Below are positions 33,992 through 46,478 of a stretch of DNA of 64,000 bases, piece by piece. The DNA lies in assembly GCA_022605425.2 (NCBI GenBank), contig JAKIMF020000013.1, positions 682,001 through 746,000 on the forward strand. Direction: 5' to 3'. The first letter of the stretch is position 1. Every line of letters begins with the position of its first letter. The position numbers were made by a program, and so were the translations under genes. Below the pieces are notes generated by a model. The model was not told the origin of the DNA, made no database searches, and saw only the letters and a list, made by a program, of their open reading frames with translations. Origin of the DNA: Hamiltosporidium tvaerminnensis FI-OER-3-3 (Eukaryota > Fungi > Microsporidia).

Positions 33992-36476
33992 TTCGAAATA
34001 AAATGTAAATACTGATATTCGTCTTTCTTTTATAAATATTTGTTGTTTTATAAATTCATTTCATCTTTTTATTCATACACGTTTCCAAATAATGTATTAC
34101 AATTCAATTATTCCTCTGTAATCACAAAAGGTTTATTATACGCGAATCTAAAGATTAATATTTGTTTTTAAACTTTTTACAAATGAATACGCAAAATGAA
34201 ATCAAAAATAAACGAAAGATAGTTTGTTCATTGAAAAACATCGGTTTCGTAGTAATATTTTCGAACCATTTTTATTTTCACTATCATCTTATGTATAATT
34301 TCTTTTAATTATATAGAGATTTTAGATGTGAAATTATTAAACAAATATCTAAAGTTGAATTTTAATCTGTACAATATTTTTTCACCACAATTAAAGTCTT
34401 AGATATTTAATAACTGAACGAATATTACAGACCTGAATTTTAATTTAGAGCATTTAAAGTTAAAAAAAGAGATTTGTGATATTTATGGACCAAATTATTC
34501 AAAATAAAATTCCAATTTAATTAAACTTGATATAGCAATTCAAAAAAAAATTATTTCAAAATCTTTAAAAAAAGGCATTTTTATAGATCAATGACAAAAT
34601 ATAATAAATTTCATAGTTTCTATTTCCTGATTTTTTAATTTTACTTTTTGTTTTAAGAATTTAAAACTAAAGATAAATTTTTCCTAAATTTTGTACTGCG
34701 TTTATTATGTCACGAGTTAATAAATTTAAATAATTTCTATGAAAATCGGCTTATATCCATATTAAATATTATAAAGATACAATATTCTGTCATATCTTAT
34801 TTCACCAAATGATAACTTTTATTTTAAATAAATTCTTATATTTTATAGTAAATGCCAAGGATATGTATTTATAATCTAAATTTTTAGTTAATTTAAATTA
34901 TATTATATATCTTAACTTATTATACGTTATACTGATTTAATGTTGCTTAATTTTCTAATCATACTAGGTTTATCAATTTGATTTCGATATCCGAAAAAAT
35001 TTACTTTTGATACTTTTAAAAGGTTTAGATTATATGCCTATTTAATATAAAATTGCGTTTAAATTATGATGTATGATTAATACGATTGTAATATATATGC
35101 CAAGTATTCTAACGATAAACAAAAACCAGATTTACTTCATAAATATTTATTATCTTAGTATTATTCTATAATTTTTTTTGAATCTTTAACTCGCTAATAA
35201 TTAAAGTTTCAATCGAGTATAAAAATATAAAATTTATTTATTTTCTAAAATAATGTATAATTCTATATTTGTTACCTTACAGTTTATTTACAGATTGAAT
35301 AAAAAATTGTTTTTTATATGCTTTGGAGTAATTTCCATATTTAATTGTAAACAATATTTGATTTAAAGGTTTTTTTAAAAAGTATAGTTTGCTTTTATAT
35401 TTATTTATAAGTAATTCAAAGAATATCTCAAATTAATCTTATGAATATAAATTTAGTACCTAAAGCCATTCAAATTCTATAAAAAACACCTTTTTTTTCA
35501 AGTTGTTCTTTTTTTGTTATCAAATTTAATTAATTAATTGTAAACCATGCATTATACTAAGACACAATATTTTTTTAATATAAATTGATATACAAAATAT
35601 TTTTAGACAAATCAAGTATTTTTAATAATCTCCATAGGTATTTTATCATATATTTATTCTCTTTTCTTCAATGTAAAATGGTTTGTAATAAATATTTTGC
35701 TAATGTATATTTTTATTTATACAGAAATATTTAATTCAATTTTTTTATAATTATCAATTCTAAACAGTTCATATGTGTACATCTGATTATTAATATATTA
35801 TAGTTGAAAAAATATATATTTATAAATTCTTTATCTTAAAATCTCTAAGGTGAATTCTATTAACATATTCGACAGAAATAGAAGGTTTAATTATTATTTA
35901 TGTTTTATTATCTTACAAACTCTAACGTGAATTCCATTAGAAATTGGACAGAAATCGTAAGTTTAATTATTATTTTTTATCTTAAACATTCAAAAAACTG
36001 AATTCTAGCAATATATATCTACTCAAATCGTAAGATCAATTATTATTTTTTATCTTAAACATTAAAAAAACTGAATTCTAGCAATACATATATACTCAAA
36101 TCGTAAGATCAATTATTTTTTTTATAAAAAAATCCTAAATAGTGAATTCTAGGTATATTTGTGTAGAAATAATATGTTTAAATTCTATTTTAAATATTTT
36201 GTTTTTTAAACTTGTATTTCCATCTGTTAGTTTACTTTTCTCATTCTAAATACGATTTTAACCATTCTTATAAATTTTATCACTTATTAATTCCATGTTT
36301 CTGTATTTATAAGAATATTAAAATAAAATTTGTTATTTTTTATTTGAATCTTTTAATTTTTCTGTAAATTCTACTGAGAATTTATTTGTAAAAAAACCGT
36401 TTTTAAATCAAAGCATATAAATTTATTAAAACTGTTCATTTTTATAAAAATGTTTTATTTATGGACTGTAAAAAGT

Positions 36477-39290
36477 ATGGGAAGAAAGGAAAGAGAAAAT
36501 GAAAAATTAAAAGAAAAACGAAAAAAGCGGCAAAAAAGAGCAGAAATATTTGAAATGCTACTTGAAATATCAAAAAAACAAGAAAAAAATAATATTACTG
36601 TGACAAAGTCATCAAAAGATAATAAATTACATTTTTTAAACAAAGAAAATATTCAAAAGAATAAAGTAAAGAAATCAAAAGTTACTGGTATTGATGATAA
36701 GAAGAGTGATATTACAGATAAACATATTAAAAAATCTGAAATATTTGATTTGAATTTAAAAAATAAAAATCAGAAGAAAATAATTTCAGATAAAATTATT
36801 TTTTCTTCAACCGAACAAACACTTTCATCTTCAAAAAAACGTATAACGGATGATAGTAATTCAGAAGAAAATTGTAATACTTTATTATTTCCACAAATAG
36901 CTTCTACTTCAAAAAAACGTATAACGGATGATAGTAATTCAAATGAAAATAGTAATAATTCAGATCAACAAGAAGATTCTACTTTACAAAGGAGCATAAC
37001 GGATGATAGTAATTCAAATGAAAATAGTAATAATGCAAATAAACAAGAAACTTCTACTTCAAAAATAAGTATAATGAATGAAAGTAATTCAATTAAAAAT
37101 AGTAATTCAATTAAAAAATATTTTGGAGTCGAAGATTTTCAAAATACAAATTCTAAAACAAATATCAAAGATTTAAATTTTTTTAGAAAGCAATATGATG
37201 AAGAAAATAAAAAATTAATTGAAAAAATATTTAAAAAAGTTGAATTTTCTTCCGAAGAAAGCAAAAATACATTTTTAAATTTACGAACGAATGAAATTCA
37301 AGATTTTAGAAAAACACTTCCAATTTTTTATGAAGAGTCTCAAATTGTTTCAAATGTAAAATCAAATATAATAACTATAATTAAAGGAGAAACTGGATGT
37401 GGAAAAACCACACAAGTTGCACAATTTCTTTATGAAAGTGGATTTTCCACAAACAAAAAGATAGGAATGACACAACCGAGAAGACTTGCTGCAATCAGTC
37501 TTTCAGAAAGAATAAACTTAGAAATGAACATAAATATATGTAATTACAAAATCAGATATGAAAATACCTGCAATAAAAATACAAAAATAAAAATAATGAC
37601 AGATGGAATTTTATTAAAAGAAATTATGAAAGATTTTTTATTGAAAGATTATTCTGTAATAATTTTAGATGAAATTCATGAAAGAAGCATCAATACTGAT
37701 GTTTTAATTTCTCTGTTGATTAAAATTGCACTTTATAGAGAAAAAACAGAAGAAAAACTCAAAATTATATTTATGAGTGCAACATTTGATGAAAATATTG
37801 TATTTTCATTGGTAGAAGATATTTTAAAGAAAGATAAAATTGAATTTGAAAATATAAATAGTTTTATCTCTTCAATCGTAATAGAATCTAGAAATTATTC
37901 TGTTGATATATTTTACGAATCCACAGATCCAAATAATATTTTAGAAAGTGTATTACTTAGATTAAAAAAAATTTTAAAAATGAGTTTGAAAAATGAAAAT
38001 TGTATGAATGATTTTAAGAAATTTAATTTGATTAAAAAATATAAAAATGTGGTTTTAGAAAAAGACTATTTATTTGATAAAAATGTAAGAAATGATGATT
38101 CTTCTGGTATTTTGATATTTTTGAGTAGCAAAAGAGAAATTTATCAGTTAAAAAAAATGATTGAATTAGAAGATTTAGAATTAATTGTTTTACCATTGCA
38201 TTCGTCGCTTCCTTATTCAGAACAAAAAAAAGTATTTCAACCGTATGATCGTAGAAAAGTGGTTTTGTCTACAAATATAGCAGAAACGAGTATTACTGTT
38301 TCAGATATCGTTTTTGTGATTGATTGTGGCAAATCAAAAGTTTTTTTAAACGATGACAAAAATATTTTGAGATATGAAATTGTTAATGTCAGTAAATCGA
38401 GTGCTGATCAAAGAACTGGGAGAGCAGGAAGATGTTCTCATGGTGTGTGTTATAGAATGTACACACGTCAATCTTTTAACACATTTGAAGAATACAATAC
38501 TCCTTCTATTCTTACATCTTCACTCTTTGAAACAATTTTAAATCTTAAAAAAATAGGAATTGAAAATATTTTTAATTTTCCATTTTTAACATTTCCACCG
38601 CAAAATAAAATCAATTTTGCTTTAAATTCTTTGAAAAGCTTAAATCTTTTGGATTCAAATAATAAAATTACCAAAATAGGAAAAAAAGTTTTAAAGATAC
38701 CTGTTCATCCAAAAGTAGCTCGTATTTTATACTTTAAAGAAGCCAAAGATATTTTACATGAAATTATTTTAATTATAAGTTTTCTTTCTGTTTTAAAAGA
38801 ATGGGATTTAAACGATAAAGATTATTCCTTTGTCTCAGAAAATATCAATCAACTTTTTATTGATGAATTAGATTTTACAGAAAAATACATAAATTTCATT
38901 TTAGAAAATGAAATTGTTGTAAAATATGCAATAATTTATTTAATATTTACAAAAAAATGTGAACATTTTGATTCGTTTATAAGTACAAAAACAAGAGATA
39001 TTTATAAAATAGCCTTTTCAATTTCTAAAGAATTTAAAATAGATTTTTGTTTGAATCAACTTACACTTAAAAATGTTGAAATAATTAGAAAAGTAATTTA
39101 TCATGGATTTATAGACAATTTAGTTATTCGATCAGGTAATCGTTTTTATTTTGGTGAGGAAGAAGTATTTTTTGGAAATAAAAATTGTAAAAATACGTTA
39201 AATAATTTTTTTGTATTTGAGTATCTTATAAAAGGAAAAGAAAAATATTTTATGAAAAATGTAACAGTTGTGGATGAAAAATGGATTTAA
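36477..39290 (+). CDS. DHR1: DEAH-box RNA helicase DHR1/ECM16/DHX37 (SSU processome)
   Basis: GETGCGKTTQ, TQPRR, DEIHER, MSAT, STNIAETSIT, SKSSADQRTGRAGR; R..EIQ..R..LPI..EE..I pre-motif typical of Dhr1; start either 36450 or 36477 (MGRK preferred). Confidence 0.88.
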   Translation: MGRKERENEKLKEKRKKRQKRAEIFEMLLEISKKQEKNNITVTKSSKDNKLHFLNKENIQKNKVKKSKVTGIDDKKSDITDKHIKKSEIFDLNLKNKNQKKIISDKIIFSSTEQTLSSSKKRITDDSNSEENCNTLLFPQIASTSKKRITDDSNSNENSNNSDQQEDSTLQRSITDDSNSNENSNNANKQETSTSKISIMNESNSIKNSNSIKKYFGVEDFQNTNSKTNIKDLNFFRKQYDEENKKLIEKIFKKVEFSSEESKNTFLNLRTNEIQDFRKTLPIFYEESQIVSNVKSNIITIIKGETGCGKTTQVAQFLYESGFSTNKKIGMTQPRRLAAISLSERINLEMNINICNYKIRYENTCNKNTKIKIMTDGILLKEIMKDFLLKDYSVIILDEIHERSINTDVLISLLIKIALYREKTEEKLKIIFMSATFDENIVFSLVEDILKKDKIEFENINSFISSIVIESRNYSVDIFYESTDPNNILESVLLRLKKILKMSLKNENCMNDFKKFNLIKKYKNVVLEKDYLFDKNVRNDDSSGILIFLSSKREIYQLKKMIELEDLELIVLPLHSSLPYSEQKKVFQPYDRRKVVLSTNIAETSITVSDIVFVIDCGKSKVFLNDDKNILRYEIVNVSKSSADQRTGRAGRCSHGVCYRMYTRQSFNTFEEYNTPSILTSSLFETILNLKKIGIENIFNFPFLTFPPQNKINFALNSLKSLNLLDSNNKITKIGKKVLKIPVHPKVARILYFKEAKDILHEIILIISFLSVLKEWDLNDKDYSFVSENINQLFIDELDFTEKYINFILENEIVVKYAIIYLIFTKKCEHFDSFISTKTRDIYKIAFSISKEFKIDFCLNQLTLKNVEIIRKVIYHGFIDNLVIRSGNRFYFGEEEVFFGNKNCKNTLNNFFVFEYLIKGKEKYFMKNVTVVDEKWI

Positions 39291-39790
39291 ATATTTATTT
39301 TTGTGTAAAAATTTTGTTTTTTGTGATCAAAAATAAAAATAAGTTTATCTGGTAAATTTTTATCTGATTTCTTTGTTTTAAAATTATAAAATATATTTTT
39401 AATATTTGGTTTTTGTATATTTTTGTGTATTTTTCTGTTTTTTGCATTTTCATATTAAATTAATGTTTTGTTAAAAGTCTTTCTTTCATTTGGTAATCCT
39501 CAACACCGAGAGGTACAAGAATACTGTAATTAGTAAGTCTTTCTTTCGTATTTTAAACAAAGTTTTTCAACACTAGTATAATGCATATCCATATTTTTAT
39601 TATGTAGCAACCATATTATGTTTTTGACATTTTTTTATTTTTATTTTTTGTAAATCTAAGGTATGTAATATTATACTTTAGTTCAATGTTAAGCGAATAT
39701 TTATTTCAAAGGGTTACTTTAAAATCCTTTATGGATCAGATCTACTTTAGATTTGATTTTGTTATTATTTTTTCATAGGTATTGATTAAA

Positions 39791-40513
39791 GAAGGATGAC
39801 CACATAAAAAACTTTCTACTTGGCAATGAGTGTGTGAAACTGGGGTGTAAATCAAGGTTTGAATTTTAGGTGAAAATAGAAACCACACTACATCTTGTAT
39901 GTTGAATGGAGTTTGCTTGAGGAGATGTAAGGGTTCTATGACACAGAGAAAGCTTTTCTGGAAATTTATTTGTAGTTTTTTATGTAACTAGATTGCAGAC
40001 CGCAGCTTAATATGTAGGTAATTGCCATGTAAAAGCATGGAAACCTAGCCTTGCTCACTCGGGTTAGAAGACTTAGCGCCTGGGAGATATAAAACAAAAA
40101 ACCATTAAAAGCCGGGAGAGCTAAGTAGCAAGTTATACCTGTTGGTATGACATTGCACTGTCTAGGTGAACCCCATGTAAATCTCTGAAATATATCTTAG
40201 CTAGAAGTTTATTGGGTTCAGAAAGTATAGAGTAAATGGGAATGCTGCATAGTCTTGGACGAGTCCAAGGTAGCATTTGACCCAGGATTACACTCAATGT
40301 ATCAGAAACCAACAAAGTCTAGAGAGGGAAATTGTCATAAATTAGGTTTTACACACCTGGTAGATGAAAGGCTTTGGGAAGTAGGTATCACAGAAGTACC
40401 GATGAACTGTTAAACAATAGTTATTTATGTTAAACCTAGAACTGCGTTAATGTCATAAAAACAAATATAACACTTGCCACTGTTTTAAAAAAGATGTGAT
40501 ATTTTTAAACAAA
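39791..40513 (+). mobile_element. SINE-like element, copy 3 (subtype B)
   Basis: Central ~290 nt and 3' end nearly identical to copy 2; alternative segments at ~39845-39955 and ~40255-40340. Confidence 0.85.
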
Positions 40514-40564
40514 TGAACCCATTTGAATAATAGTATGTAGTTATATAATTATAAAATAACGTAC

Positions 40565-40680
40565 CTATACTACTTACATAGTATAATACTTACATAGTAT
40601 AATACTTACACAATATAATACTTACACAATATAATACTTACATACCTATAATACTTACATAGTATACTACTTATATAGTA
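40565..40680. repeat. 16-18-bp minisatellite (ATACTTACAYARTATA)
   Basis: About 6-7 tandem units. Confidence 0.7.
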
Positions 40681-41324
40681 TGTAGTTAAATAAGTAATTT
40701 AGTAGTATAATTATATAATAACATACCAACACATTATTCTAACATTCTATACCAATCCTTATTTCAAACCCCCTCCTCCTACCAAAAATTTAATTTAATT
40801 TAATTAATTTAAATGCATAAATATAAAAACTATAAATACAAACAAAAAATAAAATTCGCATTAAAAAAAAAGAAACTAAAAATTTTATTCTCTCCCATTT
40901 TATTATAAAAAAATATAATTTATATCTGAAATACAAACACCTACTTACAAACACATAAGTTATTCCATTTGAAGTGACCAATAAAACATTACAGGATATA
41001 GAAATATAACAGGATAGTATTATAAATAAGAACTACTATTATAATAAAATAAGAACTATTATAGATAAAATAAGAACTATTTAATAATCTATAAATAATA
41101 ATCTAATAATAAGAACTACTATAAATAAGAACTATATAATAATATTACTAAATAAGATAAGATAAGATATAATCTATAAATAATAATCTATAAATAAGAT
41201 AAGATATAAAAGCCAATAACTACTATAAACAAGATATACTGTAAATACTCTATAACACAAAGTACTATTAACAATAATTAACAACAAAATATCTATTTCT
41301 TACGAAATAAAAAATAATTACAAT

Positions 41325-44087
41325 TTATAATCTACGTAAGTTTAAAATAACAGGTTCACTTTCAGAACAACACAAACACAACAAATCCCCATTGAAACTC
41401 ATATCCTGAACACTTTTTCCCATTTTAAATTCTCCAACCTTACCAACACGCAAATCCCAAAAAATAACCCTTCCTTCCACACACCCACTAGCTAACACCC
41501 TTTTATCATCACACCACTCTATATTTAACACCCCTTTATTATGACTATAAATATCCTTACAACACCCTTTCTCTACATCCCATATCCTAACACTACCATC
41601 ACCACTACAACTCCCTATATCCTCTTCAACCCACTTAGAATTATAAACGGCTTTTAAATGCCCTTTAAAAATACAACTCTTATCTCTATCAACATCCCAT
41701 AGTCTAACACTCTTATCATCACTACTACTTAGAATAACACCCCCTTTACAACATATACTATTCACTTCTCCTTCATGTCCCTTTATTATATTCCAACACC
41801 CTTTTCTAGTATTAATAACACTTATATTATAATCACTACTACAACTAACAACCCTTTCATTATCAAGAAAATCTAAATCAAATACAGAATTTGTATGAAC
41901 TTTAAAATATTTATAATAATCACCCTTTATATCTATCATACCTACTCTACCATCATAACACCCTGTTATTATAATACCTTCTTTTTCCTTTATAGAAAAT
42001 ACAGGTCCCTTATGAAAAAAATAAGACTTATAAATAACACCCTCAACAGTATTAGTGATAGAGTTTGTATTAGTGATAGTGTTAGTGTTAGTATTGGTAT
42101 TTGATATTGTATTGGTATTAGTGTTAGTATTTGATATTGTGTTAGTATTTGATATTGTGTTAGTATTTGATATTGTGTTAGTATTGTTATCCATCCTATC
42201 CATCATGTTATCTATGTTATTGTGGTTGTGTTGCTTGTCATCTTTTAACCCATAAATACGTACTTCTCCTTTATAAGTACCACAACACAGAATATCTTTA
42301 TCAACCCAACACAAAGAAGTAACCTCACTATGAGTAGTACAAGTAGTAAAGGGGTGATAATTATTAGTACTGTTATTAAGAGGGTGATAATTATTAGTAC
42401 TGTTATTAAGAGGGTGTTGTTCGTTATATAGATTAATAACACCCTGTTGTTCATTAGTACTTTTATTAACACCCTGTTGTTCATTAGTACTCATGTTAAA
42501 ACCCCTACACCCTTCTACATTATCAATAACACCATTTAATCCATACACACTATTACTAACACCCATTTCTTCTTTTATATTATTATTTATAATAATAACA
42601 CCATTAGTAGTTCCTATTGCTAATTTATTATTGTTATTCCATTTACAAATAAAACCTTCTTTTATATTCTTTAAAGGTAAAACATTATAAGAAATAGAAG
42701 AAGAATAAACATTTAGATTGGAAAGAGGAGAGGTAGTAGTTAACAGGGTGTTATCATAAGGATTACTAGTAGTGTTATCACTATTGTTACTAGTTGTGTT
42801 AGTTAACAGGGTGCTATCCTTATTACCGTCAATACTGTTATTTAACAGGGTGTTATCATTAGTTCCCTCAATACTGTTATTTAATAGGGTGTTATCCTTA
42901 ATTCCCTCAATACTGTTATTTAATAGGGTGTTATCCTCTGTACTACCAATAAGAGTGTTATCCCTACAATCCTCTTTAACATCATTAGTCTTACTATCAA
43001 TATCTTCTTTGATATTATTAGTATCAATATCCCTATTATCATTAACACCCTCTAACATATCCCTATCATTATTCTTACTATCCATATCATTAACACCCTC
43101 TAACACAGTCCTATCATTAACACCCTCTAACATATCCCTATCCTTATCTTTACTAACACCCTCTACTACCCCCCTACTGTTACTAACACCCTCTACTACC
43201 CCCCTACTATCATTAACACCCTCTACTACCTCCCTATCCTTATCTTTACTACCCTTACCACTAACACCCCTACTATTACTTACATTTTCTATCTTTAGTG
43301 TTATAACACCTTTATTATCTGTAGAACCATTTATAGAAAGACTTATCTCTTTACCATTATCATTAGTATTTGTAGTGTTGTTAGTACTAGTACTACTAGT
43401 GTTAGTAGTGTTATTGGTAGTAGTGTTGTTAGTACTAGTACTACTAGTGTTATTAGTACTAGTGTTAGTACCATTGCTAGTACTAGTGTTAGTACTACTA
43501 GTGTTAGTAATCTCTATATCTATATTGTCTTTAAGCCTTTTATCTTTACTACTCCCTTTGTCTTTATTTATTACTTTGTCTTTACTTACTCTTCTACCTG
43601 TTACTCTACTATTATTATCTATGTCTTTATTGTTATTATCTATGTCTTTACTATTATTATTACCATTATCCATGTCTTTACCACCAACCATATTACCAAC
43701 CATACTATTATCTATGTCTTTACTACCAACCATACAATTACTAACACTAACTCTATTACTGTTATCTTTACCACCAACCATATTACCAACCATACTATTA
43801 CTGTTATCTTTAGTACTAACACCTACACTTAACTCTTTACTTCTATACTTACAAATATGTTTATCTGTTAAAGAATATAAAGAAAAACATTCTTTATTAC
43901 AATATAAATGTTCTTCAATATAAGAGTATTGCATTCCTTTTTTAAGTAGATTTTGTAATGAATATAAAGGTTTTATGTTTGGTGTAATGGATTCGTGTGA
44001 GAAAGTGAAATGTGTGTGGTAATAACCTTCTTGTATTAGATATTCTAGTATTACTGAATTTATTTGGTCGGTTGTTAGAATTATCAT
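41325..44087 (-). CDS. TBL1: LisH and WD40 protein of the TBL1/SIF2 family (Set3/NCoR HDAC complex) with long low-complexity insertions
   Basis: LTTDQINSVILEYLIQEGYYHTHFTF..ES (LisH), LLKKGMQY..IE, HKGPVFSIK and C-terminal WD repeats. Confidence 0.82.
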   Translation of the reverse strand: MIILTTDQINSVILEYLIQEGYYHTHFTFSHESITPNIKPLYSLQNLLKKGMQYSYIEEHLYCNKECFSLYSLTDKHICKYRSKELSVGVSTKDNSNSMVGNMVGGKDNSNRVSVSNCMVGSKDIDNSMVGNMVGGKDMDNGNNNSKDIDNNNKDIDNNSRVTGRRVSKDKVINKDKGSSKDKRLKDNIDIEITNTSSTNTSTSNGTNTSTNNTSSTSTNNTTTNNTTNTSSTSTNNTTNTNDNGKEISLSINGSTDNKGVITLKIENVSNSRGVSGKGSKDKDREVVEGVNDSRGVVEGVSNSRGVVEGVSKDKDRDMLEGVNDRTVLEGVNDMDSKNNDRDMLEGVNDNRDIDTNNIKEDIDSKTNDVKEDCRDNTLIGSTEDNTLLNNSIEGIKDNTLLNNSIEGTNDNTLLNNSIDGNKDSTLLTNTTSNNSDNTTSNPYDNTLLTTTSPLSNLNVYSSSISYNVLPLKNIKEGFICKWNNNNKLAIGTTNGVIIINNNIKEEMGVSNSVYGLNGVIDNVEGCRGFNMSTNEQQGVNKSTNEQQGVINLYNEQHPLNNSTNNYHPLNNSTNNYHPFTTCTTHSEVTSLCWVDKDILCCGTYKGEVRIYGLKDDKQHNHNNIDNMMDRMDNNTNTISNTNTISNTNTISNTNTNTNTISNTNTNTNTITNTNSITNTVEGVIYKSYFFHKGPVFSIKEKEGIIITGCYDGRVGMIDIKGDYYKYFKVHTNSVFDLDFLDNERVVSCSSDYNISVINTRKGCWNIIKGHEGEVNSICCKGGVILSSSDDKSVRLWDVDRDKSCIFKGHLKAVYNSKWVEEDIGSCSGDGSVRIWDVEKGCCKDIYSHNKGVLNIEWCDDKRVLASGCVEGRVIFWDLRVGKVGEFKMGKSVQDMSFNGDLLCLCCSESEPVILNLRRL

Positions 44088-44109
44088 TTTATTGGGGGTA
44101 ACAAATAAT

Positions 44110-45240
44110 AAGAAATAAGAGGGTGTTAGAGGTATGGTATGGTGTTAGAGATAAAGGGGGTGTTAGAGGGTATAAGGGTGTTAGAGGTATGGTATGGTGT
44201 TAGAGAGTATAAGGGTGTTAGAGGGTGTTAGTATAGGAGTATGTATTAAAGGGTATTAAAGGTATGGTATGGTGTTAGAGAGTATAAGGGTGTTAGAGGT
44301 ATGGTATGGTGTTAAAGAGTATAAGGGTGTTAGTATAGGAGTATGTATTAAATGGTATTAAAGGGTGTTAGTAATACAGTAGTATGGTGTTAGAGATAAA
44401 GGGGGTGATAATAATAAGAAATAAGAGGGTGTTAGTAATACAGTAGTATGGTGTTAGAGATAAAGGGTGTAACAAATAATAAGAAATAAGAGGGTGTTAG
44501 AGGTATGGTATGGTGTTAGAGATAAAGGGTGTTAGAGGGTGTTAGTATAGGAGTATGTATTAAAGGGTGTTAGTGGTATGGTATGGTGTTAGAGAGTATA
44601 AGGGTGTTAGTAATACAGTAGTATGGTGTTAGAGATAAAGGGTGTAATAATAATAAGAAATAAGAGGGTGTTAGTAATACAGTAGTATGGTGTTAGAGAT
44701 AAAGGGGGTAATAAATAATAAGAAATAAGAGGGTGTTAGTGGTATGGTATGGTGTTAGAGATAAAGGGTGTTAGTATAGGAGTATGTATTAAAGGGTGTT
44801 AGTAATACAATGGTATGGTGTTAGAGATAAAGGGGGTAATAAATAATAAGAAATAAGAGGGTGTTAGTGGTATGGTATGTATTAGAGAGTATAAGGGGGT
44901 GTTAGAGGGTGTTAGTATAGGAGTATGTATTAAAGGGTGTTAGTAATACAGTAGTATGGTGTTAGAGATAAAGGGTGTAATAATAATAAGAAATAAGAGG
45001 GTGTTAGTAATACAGTAGTATGGTGTTAGAGATAAAGGGTGTAATAAATAATAAGAAATAAGAGGGTGTTAGAGGTGTGGTATGGTGTTAGAGATTGTGA
45101 TGTTAGAGGGTGTTAGTATAGGAGTATGTATTAAAGGGTGTTAGTGGTATGGTATGGTGTTAGTATACGAGTATGGATAAGAGGGTGGTAGTAGTAGAGA
45201 AAGTTAGTAAAGGGTGTTAGTTATAAAGGTATGTATTAGA
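44110..45240. repeat. G-rich shuffled-module satellite (GGGTGTTAG, GGTATGGTATGGTGTTAGAG, AATAAGAAATAAGA) upstream of TBL1
   Basis: Almost C-free on the + strand; dozens of GGTGTTAG cores. Confidence 0.9.
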
Positions 45241-46068
45241 GGGTATTAACATTAGTACTAATACTCTATAGGGTGTTAACATCAGTACTAATAAACAACA
45301 CCCCTTTAATAACAGTACTAATACTTATAGGGTGTTAACCATCTATCTAATACTCTATAGGATAACATAGGTACTAATAAACAACACCCCTTTAACACCA
45401 GTACTAATACTTATAGGGTGTTAACCATCTATCTAATACTCTATAGGATAACATAGGTACTAATAAACAACACCCCTTTAATAACAGTACTGATACTTAT
45501 AGGGTGTTAACCATTTATCTAATACTCTATAGGATAACATAGGTACTAATAAACAACACCCCTTTAACACCAGTACTAATACTTATAGGGTGTTAACCAT
45601 CTATCTAATACTCTATAGGATAACATAGGTACTAATAAACAACACCCCTTTAACACCAGTACTAATACTTATAGGGTGTTAACCATCTATCTAATACTCT
45701 ATGGGATAACATAGGTACTAATAAACAACACCCCTTTAATAACAGTACTAATACTTATAGGGTGTTAACCATTTATCTAATACTCTATAGGATAACATAG
45801 GTACTAATAAACAACACCCCTTTAACACCAGTACTAATACTTATAGGGTGTTAACCATTTATCTAATACTCTATGGGATAACATAGGTACTAATAAACAA
45901 CACCCCTTTAATAACAGTACTAATACTTATAGGGTGTTAACCATTTATCTAATACTCTATAGGATAACATAGGTACTAATAAACAACACCCCTTTAACAC
46001 CAGTACTAATACTTATAGGGTGTTAACCATTTATCTAATACTCTATGGGATAACATAGGTACTAATAC
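45241..46068. repeat. 86-bp tandem satellite, ~9 copies, built from three ~30-nt sub-modules
   Basis: GTACTAATAAACAACACCCC recurs at 45371, 45457 and 45543 (period 86). Confidence 0.95.
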
Positions 46069-46099
46069 TATCTTTTCTTAGTGAATCCTTCTCTCATAT

Positions 46100-46478
46100 C
46101 CTATATATATAACACTACCCCCTACTAGTATTATAACACCCTGCTACTAATGTATTATAACACCCAACTATTAGTATTATTATAACACCCTACTATCCTA
46201 TAACACTATCCATCTTATCCCTACTACTATCCTATATCACTAACACCCTATCCCCTACTACTATCTTTACTACTATTCTATAACACTATACCTCTTATCC
46301 ATACTACTATCCTAAAACATTATCCCTCTTATCCCTCCTATAACACTATCCTATCCCTCTACCCCCCTTACTATTTATACCCCATTATCCCTCTTATCCT
46401 ATAACACTATCCCTCTATAACACTATCCCTCTACCCCCCTTACTATTTATACCCCATTATCCCACTACCCCTATTATT
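46100..46478. repeat. C-rich degenerate repeat (TATAACACTATCC / CTACCCC) upstream of DnaJ
   Basis: Almost G-free on the + strand; abuts the ATG. Confidence 0.8.

Noticed and set aside
42772-43923. 383-aa Leu-rich antisense ORF (also 5118..5681, 8108..8446, 7365..7901)
   Set aside because: Shadow frames of low-complexity inserts or arrays, with no independent coding signal
45241-46068. CRISPR-like appearance of regularly spaced repeats
   Set aside because: No unique spacers, no cas genes, eukaryotic context; it is a tandem satellite
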